Shown in pieces: positions 1 through 15,000 of a stretch of DNA of 64,000 bases. Source of the stretch: Eledone cirrhosa. Taxonomy: Eukaryota. The stretch is taken from contig OZ024758.1 in NCBI GenBank assembly GCA_964016885.1, positions 37,076,001 to 37,140,000 on the forward strand. Direction: 5' to 3'. A model generated the notes under the pieces. It searched no databases. It was not told where the DNA came from and saw only the letters and a list, made by a program, of their open reading frames with translations. Both the position numbers and the translations under genes were made by a program. Each line of letters begins with the position of its first letter. Positions within the stretch are counted from its first letter, which is position 1.

Positions 1-3000
1 CTGTTGGTAAGAATTCATTTAAGTTCATGGTACTAGCTGTCAGAAGTAACTCCACTGTTGGTGAGAATTCATTTAAGTTCATGGTACTAGCTGTCAGAAG
101 TAACTCCACTGTTGGTGAGAATTCAGTTAAGTTCATGGTGTTAGTTGTCAGAAGTAACTCCACTGTTGGTGAGAATTCATTTAAATCATGGTATTAGTTG
201 TCAGAAGTAACTCCAATGTTGGTGAGAATTCATTTAAGTTCATGGTACTAGCTGTCAGAAGTAACTCCACTGTTGGTGAGAATTCATTTAAGTTCATGGT
301 AATAGTTTGTCAGAAGTAACTCCACTGTTGGTGAGAATTCATTTAAGTCATGGTATTAGTTGTCAGAAGTAACTCCAATGTTGGTGAGAATTCATTTAAG
401 TTCATGGTACTAGCTGTCAGAAGTAACTCCACTGTTGGTGAGAATTCATTTAAGTTCATGGTATTAGCTGTCAGAAGTAACTCCACTGTTGGTGAGAATT
501 CATTTAAGTCATGGTATTAGTTGTCAGAAGTAACTCCAATGTTGGTGAGAATTCATTTAAGTTCATGGTACTAGCTGTTAGAAGTAACTCCACTGTTGGT
601 GAGAATTCATTTAAGTTCATGGTATTAGCTGTCAGAAGTAACTCCACTGTTGGTGAGAATTCATTTAAGTCATGGTATTAGCTGTCAGAAGTAACTCCAA
701 TGTTGGTGAGAATTCATTTAAGTCATGGTACTAGCTCTCAGAAGTAACTCCAATGTTGGTGAGAATTCATTTAAGTTCATGGTACTAGCTGTCAGAAGGA
801 ACTCCACTGTTGGTGAGAATTCATTTAAGTTCATGGTATTAGCTGTCAGAAGTAACTCCACTGTTGGTGAGAATTCATTTAAGTCATGGTATTAGCTGTC
901 AGAAGTAACTCCAATGTTGGTGAGAATTCATTTAAGTTCATGGTATTAGTTGTCAGAAGTAACTCCACTGTTGGTGAGAATTCATTTAAGTTCATGGTAC
1001 TAGCTGTCAGAAGTAACTCCACTGTTGGTGAGAATTCATTTAAGTCATGGTATTAGCTGTCAGAAGTAACTCCAATGTTGGTGAGAATTCATTTAAGTTC
1101 ATGGTATTAGTTGTCAGAAGTAACTCCACTGTTGGTGAGAATTCATTTAAGTCATGGTACTAGCTGTCAGAAGCAACTCCACTGTTGGTGAGAATTCATT
1201 TAAGTTCATTGTATTAGCTGTCAGAAGTAACTCCACTGTTGGTGAGAATTCATTTAAGTCATGGTATCAGCTGTCAGAAGTAACTCCAATGTTGGTGAGA
1301 ATTCATTTGAGTCATGGTACTAGCTGTCAGAATTAACTCCAATGTTGGTGAGAATTCAGTTAAGTTCATGGTATTAGCTGTCAGAAGGAACTCCACTGTT
1401 GGTGAGAATTCATTTAAGTTCATGGTATTAGCTGTCAGAAGTAACTCCACTGTTGGTAAGAATTCATTTAAGTTCATGGTACTGGCTGTCAGAAGTAACT
1501 CCAATGTTGGTGAGAATTCATTTAAGTTCATGGTACTAGCTGTCAGAAGTAACTCCACTGTTGGTGAGAATTCATTTAAGTTCATGGTATTAGCTGTCAG
1601 AAGTAACTCCACTGTTGGTGAGAATTCATTTAAGTCATGGTATTAGCTGTCAGAAGTAACTCCATTGTTGGTGAGAATTCATTTAAGTCATGGTACTAGC
1701 TGTCAGAAGTAACTCCACTGTTGGTGAGAATTCATTTAAGTTCATGGTATTAGCTGTCAGAAGGAACTCTACTGTTGGTGAGAATTCATTTAAGTTCATG
1801 GTATTAGCTGTCAGAAGTAACTCCACTGTTGGTGAGAATTCATTTAAGTTCATGGTATTAGTTTGTCAGAAGTAACTCCACTGTTGGTGAGAATTCATTT
1901 AAGTCATGGTATTAGTTGTCAGAAGTAACTCCAATGTTGGTGAGAATTCATTTAAGTAATGGTACTAGCTGTCAGAAGTAACTCCAATGTTGGTGAGAAT
2001 TCATTTAAGTTCATGGTATTAGCTGTCAGAAGTAACTCCACTGTTGGTGAGAATTCATTTAAGTTCATGGTATTAGCTGTCAGAAGTAACTCCACTGTTG
2101 GTGAGAATTCATTTAAGTTCATGGTATTAGTTTGTCAGAAGTAACTCCACTGTTGGTGAGAATTCATTTAAGTCATGGTATTAGTTGTCAGAAGTAACTC
2201 CAATGTTGGTGAGAATTCATTTAAGTTCATGGTACTAGCTGTCAGAAGTAACTCCACTGTTGGTGAGAATTCATTTAAGTTCATGGTATTAGCTGTCAGA
2301 AGTAACTCCACTGTTGGTGAGAATTCATTTAAGTCACGGTATTAGCTGTCAGAAGTAACTCCAATGTTGGTGAGAATTCATTTGAGTCATGGTACTAGCT
2401 GTCAGAATTAACTCCAATGTTGGTGAGAATTCAGTTAAGTTCATCGTATTAGCTGTCAGAAGGAAGTCCACTGTTGGTGAGAATTCATTTAAGTTCATGG
2501 TATTAGCTGTCAGAAGTAACTCCACTGTTGGTAAGAATTCATTTAAGTTCATGGTACTAGCTGTCAGAAGTAACTCCACTGTTGGTGAGAATTCATTTAA
2601 GTTCATGGTACTAGCTGTCAGAAGTAACTCCACTGTTGGTGAGAATTCAGTTAAGTTCATTGTGTTAGTTGTCAGAAGTAACTCCACTGTTGGTGAGAAT
2701 TCATTTAAATCATGGTATTAGTTGTCAGAAGTAACTCCAATGTTGGTGAGAATTCATTTAAGTTCATGGTACTAGCTGTCAGAAGTAACTCCACTGTTGG
2801 TGAGAATTCATTTAAGTTCATGGTATTAGTTTGTCAGAAGTAACTCCACTGTTGGTGAGAATTCATTTAAGTCATGGTATTAGTTGTCAGAAGTAACTCC
2901 AATGTTGGTGAGAATTCATTTAAGTTCATGGTACTAGCTGTCAGAAGTAACTCCACTGTTGGTGAGAATTCATTTAAGTTCATGGTATTAGCTGTCAGAA

Positions 3001-6000
3001 GTAACTCCACTGTTGGTGAGAATTCATTTAAGTCATGGTATTAGTTGTCAGAAGTAACTCCAATGTTGGTGAGAATTCATTTAAGTTCATGGTACTAGCT
3101 TTTAGAAGTAACTCCACTGTTGGTGAGAATTCATTTAAGTTCATGGAATTAGCTGTCACAAGTAACTCCACTGTTGGTGAGAATTCATTTAAGTCATGGT
3201 ATTAGCTGTCAGAAGTAACTCCAATGTTGGTGAGAATTCATTTAAATCATGGTACTAGCTCTCAGAAGGAACTCCACTGTTGGTGAGAATTCATTTAAGT
3301 TCATGGTATTAGCTGTCAGAAGTAACTCCACTGTTGGTGAGAATTCATTTAAGTCATGGTATTAGCTGTCAGAAGTAACTCCAATGTTGGTGAGAATTCA
3401 TTTAAGTTCATGGTATTAGTTGTCAGAAGTAACTCCACTGTTGGTGAGAATTCATTTAAGTTCATGGTACTAGCTGTCAGAAGTAACTCCACTGTTGGTG
3501 AGAATTCATTTAAGTCATGGTATTAGCTGTCAGAAGTAACTCCAATGTTGGTGAGAATTCATTTAAGTTCATGGTATTAGTTGTCAGAAGTAACTCCACT
3601 GTTGGTGAGAATTCATTTAAGTCATGGTACTAGCTGTCAGAAGCAACTCCACTGTTGGTGAGAATTCATTTAAGTTCATTGTATTAGCTGTCAGAAGTAA
3701 CTCCACTGTTGGTGAGAATTCATTTAAGTCATGGTATTAGCTGTCAGAAGTAACTCCAATGTTGGTGAGAATTCATTTGAGTCATGGTACTAGCTGTCAG
3801 AATTAACTCCAATGTTGGTGAGAATTCAGTTAAGTTCATGGTATTAGCTGTCAGAAGGAACTCCACTGTTGGTGAGAATTCATTTAAGTTCATGGTATTA
3901 GCTGTCAGAAGTAACTCCACTGTTGGTAAGAATTCATTTAAGTTCATGGTACTAGCTGTCAGAAGTAACTCCAATGTTGGTGAGAATTCATTTAAGTTCA
4001 TGGTACTAGCTGTCAGAAGTAACTCCACTGTTGGTGAGAATTCATTTAAGTTCATGGTATTAGCTGTCAGAAGTAACTCCATTGTTGGTGAGAATTCATT
4101 TAAGTCATGGTACTAGCTGTCAGAAGTAACTCCACTGTTGGTGAGAATTCATTTAAGTTCATGGTATTAGCTGTCAGAAGGAACTCTACTGTTGGTGAGA
4201 ATTCATTTAAGTTCATGGTATTAGCTGTCAGAAGTAACTCCACTGTTGGTGAGAATACATTTAAGTTCATGGTACTAGCTGTCAGAAGTAACTCCACTGT
4301 TGGTGAGAATTCATTTAAGTTCATGGTATTAGCTGTCAGAAGTAACTCCACTGTTGGTGAGAATTCATTTAAGTTCATGGTACTAGCTGTCAGAAGTAAC
4401 CCCAATGTTGGTGAGAATTCATTTAAGTTCATGGTATTAGCTGTCAGAAGTCACTCCAATGTTGGTGAGAATTCATTTAAGTTCATGGTATTAGCTGTCA
4501 GAAGTAACTCCACTGTTGGTGAGAATTCATTTAAGTTCATGGTATTAGCTGTCAGAAGTAACTCCACTGTTGGTGAGAATTCATTTAAGTTCATGGTATT
4601 AGCTGTCAGAAGGAACTCCAATGTTGGTGAGAATTCATTTAAGTCATGGTACTAGCTGTCAGAAGTAACTCCACTGTTGGTGATAATCCATTTAAGTTCA
4701 TGGTATTAGCTGTCAGAAGGAACGCCACTGTTGGTGAGAATTCATTTAAGTTCATGGTATTAGCTGTCAGAAGTAACTCCACTGTTGGTGAGAATTCATT
4801 TAAGTTCATGGTACTAGCTGTCAGAAGTAACTCCAATGTTGGTGAGAATTCATTTAAGTTCATGGTATTAGCTGTCAGAAGGAACTCCACTGTTGGTGAG
4901 AATTCATTTAAGTTCATGGTATTAGCTGTCAGAAGTAACTCCACTGTTGGTGAGAATTCATTTAAGTTCATGGTACTAGTTGTCAGAAGTAACTCCGCTG
5001 TTGGTGAGAATTCATTTAAGTTCATGGTATTAGTTGTCAGAAGTAACTCCACTGTTGGTGAGAATTCATTTAAGTCATGGTATTAGTTGTCAGAAGTAAC
5101 TCCAATGTTGGTGAGAATTCATTTAGGTTCATGGTTCTAGCTGTCAGAAGTAACTCCACTGTTGGTGAGAATTCATTTAAGTTCATGGTATTAGCTGTCA
5201 GAAGTAACTCCACTGTTGGTGAGAATTCATTTAAGTCATGGTATTATCTGTCAGAAGTAACTCCATTGTTGGTGAGAATTCATTTAAGTCATCGTACTAG
5301 CTGTCAGAAGTAACTCCACTGTTGGTGAGAATTCATTTAAGTTCATGGTATTAGCTGTCAGAAGTAACTCCACTGTTGGTGAGAATTCATTTAAGTCATG
5401 GTATTAGCTGTCAGAAGTAACTCCAATGTTGGTGAGAATTCATTTGAGTCATGGTACTAGCTGTCAGAATTAACTCCAATGTTGGTGAGAATTCAGTTAA
5501 GTTCATGGTATTAGCTGTCAGAAGGAAGTCCACTGTTGGTGAGAATTCATTTAAGTTCATGGTATTAGCTGTCAGAAGTAACTCCACTGTTGGTAAGAAT
5601 TCATTTAAGTTCATGGTACTAGCTGTCAGAAGTAACTCCACTGTTGGTGAGAATTCATTTAAGTTCATGGTACTAGCTGTCAGAAGTAACTCCACTGTTG
5701 GTGAGAATTCAGTTAAGTTCATGGTGTTAGTTGTCAGAAGTAACTCCACTGTTGGTGAGAATTCATTTAAATCATGGTATTAGTTGTCAGAAGTAACTCC
5801 AATGTTGGTGAGAATTCATTTAAGTTCATGGTACTAGCTGTCAGAAGTAACTCCACTGTTGGTGAGAATTCATTTAAGTTCATGGTAATAGTTTGTCAGA
5901 AGTAACTCCACTGTTGGTGAGAATTCATTTAAGTCATGGTATTAGTTGTCAGAAGTAACTCCAATGTTGGTGAGAATTCATTTAAGTTCATGGTACTAGC

Positions 6001-9000
6001 TGTCAGAAGTAACTCCACTGTTGGTGAGAATTCATTTAAGTTCATGGTATTAGCTGTCAGAAGTAACTCCACTGTTGGTGAGAATTCATTTAAGTCATGG
6101 TATTAGTTGTCAGAAGTAACTCCAATGTTGGTGAGAATTCATTTAAGTTCATGGTACTAGCTGTTAGAAGTAACTCCACTGTTGGTGAGAATTCATTTAA
6201 GTTCATGGTATTAGCTGTCAGAAGTAACTCCACTGTTGGTGAGAATTCATTTAAGTCATGGTATTAGCTGTCAGAAGTAACTCCAATGTTGGTGAGAATT
6301 CATTTAAGTCATGGTACTAGCTCTCAGAAGTAACTCCAATGTTGGTGAGAATTCATTTAAGTTCATGGTACTAGCTGTCAGAAGGAACTCCACTGTTGGT
6401 GAGAATTCATTTAAGTTCATGGTATTAGCTGTCAGAAGTAACTCCACTGTTGGTGAGAATTCATTTAAGTCATGGTATTAGCTGTCAGAAGTAACTCCAA
6501 TGTTGGTGAGAATTCATTTAAGTTCATGGTATTAGTTGTCAGAAGTAACTCCACTGTTGGTGAGAATTCATTTAAGTTCATGGTACTAGCTGTCAGAAGT
6601 AACTCCACTGTTGGTGAGAATTCATTTAAGTCATGGTATTAGCTGTCAGAAGTAACTCCAATGTTGGTGAGAATTCATTTAAGTTCATGGTATTAGTTGT
6701 CAGAAGTAACTCCACTGTTGGTGAGAATTCATTTAAGTCATGGTACTAGCTGTCGAAGCAACTCCACTGTTGGTGAGAATTCATTTAAGTTCATTGTATT
6801 AGCTGTCAGAAGTAACTCCACTGTTGGTGAGAATTCATTTAAGTCATGGTATCAGCTGTCAGAAGTAACTCCAATGTTGGTGAGAATTCATTTGAGTCAT
6901 GGTACTAGCTGTCAGAATTAACTCCAATGTTGGTGAGAATTCAGTTAAGTTCATGGTATTAGCTGTCAGAAGGAACTCCACTGTTGGTGAGAATTCATTT
7001 AAGTTCATGGTATTAGCTGTCAGAAGTAACTCCACTGTTGGTAAGAATTCATTTAAGTTCATGGTACTAGCTGTCAGAAGTAACTCCAATGTTGGTGAGA
7101 ATTCATTTAAGTTCATGGTACTAGCTGTCAGAAGTAACTCCACTGTTGGTGAGAATTCATTTAAGTTCATGGTATTAGCTGTCAGAAGTAACTCCACTGT
7201 TGGTGAGAATTCATTTAAGTCATGGTATTAGCTGTCAGAAGTAACTCCATTGTTGGTGAGAATTCATTTAAGTCATGGTACTAGCTGTCAGAAGTAACTC
7301 CACTGTTGGTGAGAATTCATTTAAGTTCATGGTATTAGCTGTCAGAAGGAACTCTACTGTTGGTGAGAATTCATTTAAGTTCATGGTATTAGCTGTCAGA
7401 AGTAACTCCACTGTTGGTGAGAATTCATTTAAGTTCATGGTATTAGTTTGTCAGAAGTAACTCCACTGTTGGTGAGAATTCATTTAAGTCATGGTATTAG
7501 TTGTCAGAAGTAACTCCAATGTTGGTGAGAATTCATTTAAGTAATGGTACTAGCTGTCAGAAGTAACTCCAATGTTGGTGAGAATTCATTTAAGTTCATG
7601 GTATTAGCTGTCAGAAGTAACTCCACTGTTGGTGAGAATTCATTTAAGTTCATGGTATTAGCTGTCAGAAGTAACTCCACTGTTGGTGAGAATTCATTTA
7701 AGTTCATGGTATTAGTTTGTCAGAAGTAACTCCACTGTTGGTGAGAATTCATTTAAGTCATGGTATTAGTTGTCAGAAGTAACTCCAATGTTGGTGAGAA
7801 TTCATTTAAGTTCATGGTACTAGCTGTCAGAAGTAACTCCACTGTTGGTGAGAATTCATTTAAGTTCATGGTATTAGCTGTCAGAAGTAACTCCACTGTT
7901 GGTGAGAATTCATTTAAGTCACGGTATTAGCTGTCAGAAGTAACTCCAATGTTGGTGAGAATTCATTTGAGTCATGGTACTAGCTGTCAGAATTAACTCC
8001 AATGTTGGTGAGAATTCAGTTAAGTTCATGGTATTAGCTGTCAGAAGGAAGTCCACTGTTGGTGAGAATTCATTTAAGTTCATGGTATTAGCTGTCAGAA
8101 GTAACTCCACTGTTGGTAAGAATTCATTTAAGTTCATGGTACTAGCTGTCAGAAGTAACTCCACTGTTGGTGAGAATTCATTTAAGTTCATGGTACTAGC
8201 TGTCAGAAGTAACTCCACTGTTGGTGAGAATTCAGTTAAGTTCATTGTGTTAGTTGTCAGAAGTAACTCCACTGTTGGTGAGAATTCATTTAAATCATGG
8301 TATTAGTTGTCAGAAGTAACTCCAATGTTGGTGAGAATTCATTTAAGTTCATGGTACTAGCTGTCAGAAGTAACTCCACTGTTGGTGAGAATTCATTTAA
8401 GTTCATGGTATTAGTTTGTCAGAAGTAACTCCACTGTTGGTGAGAATTCATTTAAGTCATGGTATTAGTTGTCAGAAGTAACTCCAATGTTGGTGAGAAT
8501 TCATTTAAGTTCATGGTACTAGCTGTCAGAAGTAACTCCACTGTTGGTGAGAATTCATTTAAGTTCATGGTATTAGCTGTCAGAAGTAACTCCACTGTTG
8601 GTGAGAATTCATTTAAGTCATGGTATTAGTTGTCAGAAGTAACTCCAATGTTGGTGAGAATTCATTTAAGTTCATGGTACTAGCTTTTAGAAGTAACTCC
8701 ACTGTTGGTGAGAATTCATTTAAGTTCATGGAATTAGCTGTCACAAGTAACTCCACTGTTGGTGAGAATTCATTTAAGTCATGGTATTAGCTGTCAGAAG
8801 TAACTCCAATGTTGGTGAGAATTCATTTAAATCATGGTACTAGCTCTCAGAAGGAACTCCACTGTTGGTGAGAATTCATTTAAGTTCATGGTATTAGCTG
8901 TCAGAAGTAACTCCACTGTTGGTGAGAATTCATTTAAGTCATGGTATTAGCTGTCAGAAGTAACTCCAATGTTGGTGAGAATTCATTTAAGTTCATGGTA

Positions 9001-12000
9001 TTAGTTGTCAGAAGTAACTCCACTGTTGGTGAGAATTCATTTAAGTTCATGGTACTAGCTGTCAGAAGTAACTCCACTGTTGGTGAGAATTCATTTAAGT
9101 CATGGTATTAGCTGTCAGAAGTAACTCCAATGTTGGTGAGAATTCATTTAAGTTCATGGTATTAGTTGTCAGAAGTAACTCCACTGTTGGTGAGAATTCA
9201 TTTAAGTCATGGTACTAGCTGTCAGAAGCAACTCCACTGTTGGTGAGAATTCATTTAAGTTCATTGTATTAGCTGTCAGAAGTAACTCCACTGTTGGTGA
9301 GAATTCATTTAAGTCATGGTATTAGCTGTCAGAAGTAACTCCAATGTTGGTGAGAATTCATTTGAGTCATGGTACTAGCTGTCAGAATTAACTCCAATGT
9401 TGGTGAGAATTCAGTTAAGTTCATGGTATTAGCTGTCAGAAGGAACTCCACTGTTGGTGAGAATTCATTTAAGTTCATGGTATTAGCTGTCAGAAGTAAC
9501 TCCACTGTTGGTAAGAATTCATTTAAGTTCATGGTACTAGCTGTCAGAAGTAACTCCAATGTTGGTGAGAATTCATTTAAGTTCATGGTACTAGCTGTCA
9601 GAAGTAACTCCACTGTTGGTGAGAATTCATTTAAGTTCATGGTATTAGCTGTCAGAAGTAACTCCACTGTTGGTGAGAATTCATTTAAGTCATGGTATTA
9701 GCTGTCAGAAGTAACTCCATTGTTGGTGAGAATTCATTTAAGTCATGGTACTAGCTGTCAGAAGTAACTCCACTGTTGGTGAGAATTCATTTAAGTTCAT
9801 GGTATTAGCTGTCAGAAGGAACTCTACTGTTGGTGAGAATTCATTTAAGTTCATGGTATTAGCTGTCAGAAGTAACTCCACTGTTGGTGAGAATACATTT
9901 AAGTTCATGGTACTAGCTGTCAGAAGTAACTCCACTGTTGGTGAGAATTCATTTAAGTTCATGGTAATAGCTGTCAGAAGGAACTCCACTGTTGGTGAGA
10001 ATTCATTTAAGTTCATGGTATTAGCTGTCAGAAGTAACTCCAATGTTGGTGAGAATTCATTTAAGTCATGGTACTAGCTGTCAGAAGTAACTCCACTGTT
10101 GGTGAGAATTCATTTAAGTTCATGGTATTAGCTGTCAGAAGCAACTCCACTGTTGGTGAGAATTCATTTAAGTTCATGGTATTAGCTGTCAGAAGTAACT
10201 CCACTGTTGGTGAGAATTCATTTAAGTTCATGGTACTAGCTGTCAGAAGTAACTCCAATGTTGGTGAGAATTCATTTAAGTTCATGGTATTAGCTGTCAG
10301 AAGTAACTCCACTGTTGGTGGGAATTCATTTAAGTTCATGGTATTAGCTGTCAGAAGTAACTCCACTGTTGGTGAGAATTCATTTAAGTTCATAGTACTA
10401 GCTGTCAGAAGTAACTCCACTGTTGGTGAGAATTCATTTAAGTTCATGGTATTAGTTGTCAGAAGTAACTCCACTGTTGGTGAGAATTCATTTAAGTCAT
10501 GGTATTAGTTGTCAGAAGTAACTCCAATGTTGGTGAGAATTCATTTAAGTTCATGTTTCTAGCTGTCAGAAGTAACTCCACTGTTGGTGAGAATTCATTT
10601 AAGTTCATGGTATTAGCTGTCAGAAGTAACTCCACTGTTGGTGAGAATTCATTTAAGTCATGGTATTAGCTGTCAGAAGTAACTCCAATGTTGGTGAGAA
10701 TTCATTTAAGTTCATGGTACTAGCTGTCAGAAGTAACTCCACTGTTGGTGAGAATTCATTTAAGTTCATGGTACTAGCTGTCAGAAGGAACTCCACTGTT
10801 GGTGAGAATTCATTTAAGTTCATGGTATTAGTTGTCAGAAGTAACTCCACTGTTGGTGAGAATTCATTTAAGTTCATGGTACTAGCTGTCAGAAGTAACT
10901 CCACTGTTGGTAAGAATTCATTTAAGTTCATGGTACTAGCTGTCAGAAGTAACTCCACTGTTGGTGAGAATTCATTTAAGTTCATGGTACTAGCTGTCAG
11001 AAGTAACTCCACTGTTGGTGAGAATTCAGTTAAGTTCATGGTGTTAGTTGTCAGAAGTAACTCCACTGTTGGTGAGAATTCATTTAAATCATGGTATTAG
11101 TTGTCAGAAGTAACTCCAATGTTGGTGAGAATTCATTTAAGTTCATGGTACTAGCTGTCAGAAGTAACTCCACTGTTGGTGAGAATTCATTTAAGTTCAT
11201 GGTATTAGTTTGTCAGAAGTAACTCCACTGTTGGTGAGAATTCATTTAAGTCATGGTATTAGTTGTCAGAAGTAACTCCAATGTTGGTGAGAATTCATTT
11301 AAGTTCATGGTACTAGCTGTCAGAAGTAACTCCACTGTTGGTGAGAATTCATTTAAGTTCATGGTATTAGCTGTCAGAAGTAACTCCACTGTTGGTGAGA
11401 ATTCATTTAAGTCATGGTATTAGTTGTCAGAAGTAACTCCAATGTTGGTGAGAATTCATTTAAGTTCATGGTACTAGCTTTTAGAAGTAACTCCACTGTT
11501 GGTGAGAATTCATTTAAGTTCATGGAATTAGCTGTCACAAGTAACTCCACTGTTGGTGAGAATTCATTTAAGTCATGGTATTAGCTGTCAGAAGTAACTC
11601 CAATGTTGGTGAGAATTCATTTAAGTCATGGTACTAGCTCTCAGAAGTAACTCCAATGTTGGTGAGAATTCATTTAAGTTCATGGTACTAGCTGTCAGAA
11701 GGAACTCCACTGTTGGTGAGAATTCATTTAAGTTCATGGTATTAGCTGTCAGAAGTAACTCCACTGTTGGTGAGAATTCATTTAAGTCATGGTATTAGCT
11801 GTCAGAAGTAACTCCAATGTTGGTGAGAATTCATTTAAGTTCATGGTATTAGTTGTCAGAAGTAACTCCACTGTTGGTGAGAATTCATTTAAGTTCATGG
11901 TACTAGCTGTCAGAAGTAACTCCACTGTTGGTGAGAATTCAGTTAAGTTCATGGTGTTAGTTGTCAGAAGTAACTCCACTGTTGGTGAGAATTCATTTAA

Positions 12001-15000
12001 ATCATGGTATTAGTTGTCAGAAGTAACTCCAATGTTGGTGAGAATTCATTTAAGTTCATGGTACTAGCTGTCAGAAGTAACTCCACTGTTGGTGAGAATT
12101 CATTTAAGTTCATGGTATTAGTTTGTCAGAAGTAACTCCACTGTTGGTGAGAATTCATTTAAGTCATGGTATTAGTTGTCAGAAGTAACTCCAATGTTGG
12201 TGAGAATTCATTTAAGTTCATGGTACTAGCTGTCAGAAGTAACTCCACTGTTGGTGAGAATTCATTTAAGTTCATGGTATTAGCTGTCAGAAGTAACTCC
12301 ACTGTTGGTGAGAATTCATTTAAGTCATGGTATTAGTTGTCAGAAGTAACTCCAATGTTGGTGAGAATTCATTTAAGTTCATGGTACTAGCTTTTAGAAG
12401 TAACTCCACTGTTGGTGAGAATTCATTTAAGTTCATGGAATTAGCTGTCACAAGTAACTCCACTGTTGGTGAGAATTCATTTAAGTCATGGTATTAGCTG
12501 TCAGAAGTAACTCCAATGTTGGTGAGAATTCATTTAAGTCATGGTACTAGCTCTCAGAAGTAACTCCAATGTTGGTGAGAATTCATTTAAGTTCATGGTA
12601 CTAGCTGTCAGAAGGAACTCCACTGTTGGTGAGAATTCATTTAAGTTCATGGTATTAGCTGTCAGAAGTAACTCCACTGTTGGTGAGAATTCATTTAAGT
12701 CATGGTATTAGCTGTCAGAAGTAACTCCAATGTTGGTGAGAATTCATTTAAGTTCATGGTATTAGTTGTCAGAAGTAACTCCACTGTTGGTGAGAATTCA
12801 TTTAAGTTCATGGTACTAGCTGTCAGAAGTAACTCCACTGTTGGTGAGAATTCATTTAAGTCATGGTATTAGCTGTCAGAAGTAACTCCAATGTTGGTGA
12901 GAATTCATTTAAGTTCATGGTATTAGTTGTCAGAAGTAACTCCACTGTTGGTGAGAATTCATTTAAGTCATGGTACTAGCTGTCAGAAGCAACTCCACTG
13001 TTGGTGAGAATTCATTTAAGTTCATTGTATTAGCTGTCAGAAGTAACTCCACTGTTGGTGAGAATTCATTTAAGTCATGGTATTAGCTGTCAGAAGTAAC
13101 TCCAATGTTGGTGAGAATTCATTTGAGTCATGGTACTAGCTGTCAGAATTAACTCCAATGTTGGTGAGAATTCAGTTAAGTTCATGGTATTAGCTGTCAG
13201 AAGGAACTCCACTGTTGGTGAGAATTCATTTAAGTTCATGGTATTAGCTGTCAGAAGTAACTCCACTGTTGGTAAGAATTCATTTAAGTTCATGGTACTA
13301 GCTGTCAGAAGTAACTCCAATGTTGGTGAGAATTCATTTAAGTTCATGGTACTAGCTGTCAGAAGTAACTCCACTGTTGGTGAGAATTCATTTAAGTTCA
13401 TGGTATTAGCTGTCAGAAGTAACTCCACTGTTGGTGAGAATTCATTTAAGTCATGGTATTAGCTGTCAGAAGTAACTCCATTGTTGGTGAGAATTCATTT
13501 AAGTCATGGTACTAGCTGTCAGAAGTAACTCCACTGTTGGTGAGAATTCATTTAAGTTCATGGTATTAGCTGTCAGAAGGAACTCTACTGTTGGTGAGAA
13601 TTCATTTAAGTTCATGGTATTAGCTGTCAGAAGTAACTCCACTGTTGGTGAGAATACATTTAAGTTCATGGTACTAGCTGTCAGAAGTAACTCCACTGTT
13701 GGTGAGAATTCATTTAAGTTCATGGTACTAGCTGTCAGAAGGAACTCCACTGTTGGTGAGAATTCATTTAAGTTCATGGTATTAGCTGTCAGAAGTAACT
13801 CCAATGTTGGTGAGAATTCATTTAAGTCATGGTACTAGCTGTCAGAAGTAACTCCACTGTTGGTGAGAATTCATTTAAGTTCATGGTATTAGCTGTCAGA
13901 AGCAACTCCACTGTTGGTGAGAATTCATTTAAGTTCATGGTATTAGCTGTCAGAAGTAACTCCACTGTTGGTGAGAATTCATTTAAGTTCATGGTACTAG
14001 CTGTCAGAAGTAACTCCAATGTTGGTGAGAATTCATTTAAGTTCATGGTATTAGCTGTCAGAAGTAACTCCACTGTTGGTGGGAATTCATTTAAGTTCAT
14101 GGTATTAGCTGTCAGAAGCAACTCCACTGTTGGTGAGAATTCATTTAAGTTCATGGTATTAGCTGTCAGAAGTAACTCCACTGTTGGTGAGAATTCATTT
14201 AAGTTCATGGTACTAGCTGTCAGAAGTAACTCCAATGTTGGTGAGAATTCATTTAAGTTCATGGTATTAGCTGTCAGAAGTAACTCCACTGTTGGTGGGA
14301 ATTCATTTAAGTTCATGGTATTAGCTGTCAGAAGTAACTCCACTGTTGGTGAGAATTCATTTAAGTTCATAGTACTAGCTGTCAGAAGTAACTCCACTGT
14401 TGGTGAGAATTCATTTAAGTTCATGGTATTAGTTGTCAGAAGTAACTCCACTGTTGGTGAGAATTCATTTAAGTCATGGTATTAGTTGTCAGAAGTAACT
14501 CCAATGTTGGTGAGAATTCATTTAAGTTCATGTTTCTAGCTGTCAGAAGTAACTCCACTGTTGGTGAGAATTCATTTAAGTTCATGGTATTAGCTGTCAG
14601 AAGTAACTCCACTGTTGGTGAGAATTCATTTAAGTCATGGTATTAGCTGTCAGAAGTAACTCCAATGTTGGTGAGAATTCATTTAAGTTCATGGTACTAG
14701 CTGTCAGAAGTAACTCCACTGTTGGTGAGAATTCATTTAAGTTCATGGTACTAGCTGTCAGAAGGAACTCCACTGTTGGTGAGAATTCATTTAAGTTCAT
14801 GGTATTAGTTGTCAGAAGTAACTCCACTGTTGGTGAGAATTCATTTAAGTTCATGGTACTAGCTGTCAGAAGTAACTCCACTGTTGGTAAGAATTCATTT
14901 AAGTTCATGGTACTAGCTGTCAGAAGTAACTCCACTGTTGGTGAGAATTCATTTAAGTTCATGGTACTAGCTGTCAGAAGTAACTCCACTGTTGGTGAGA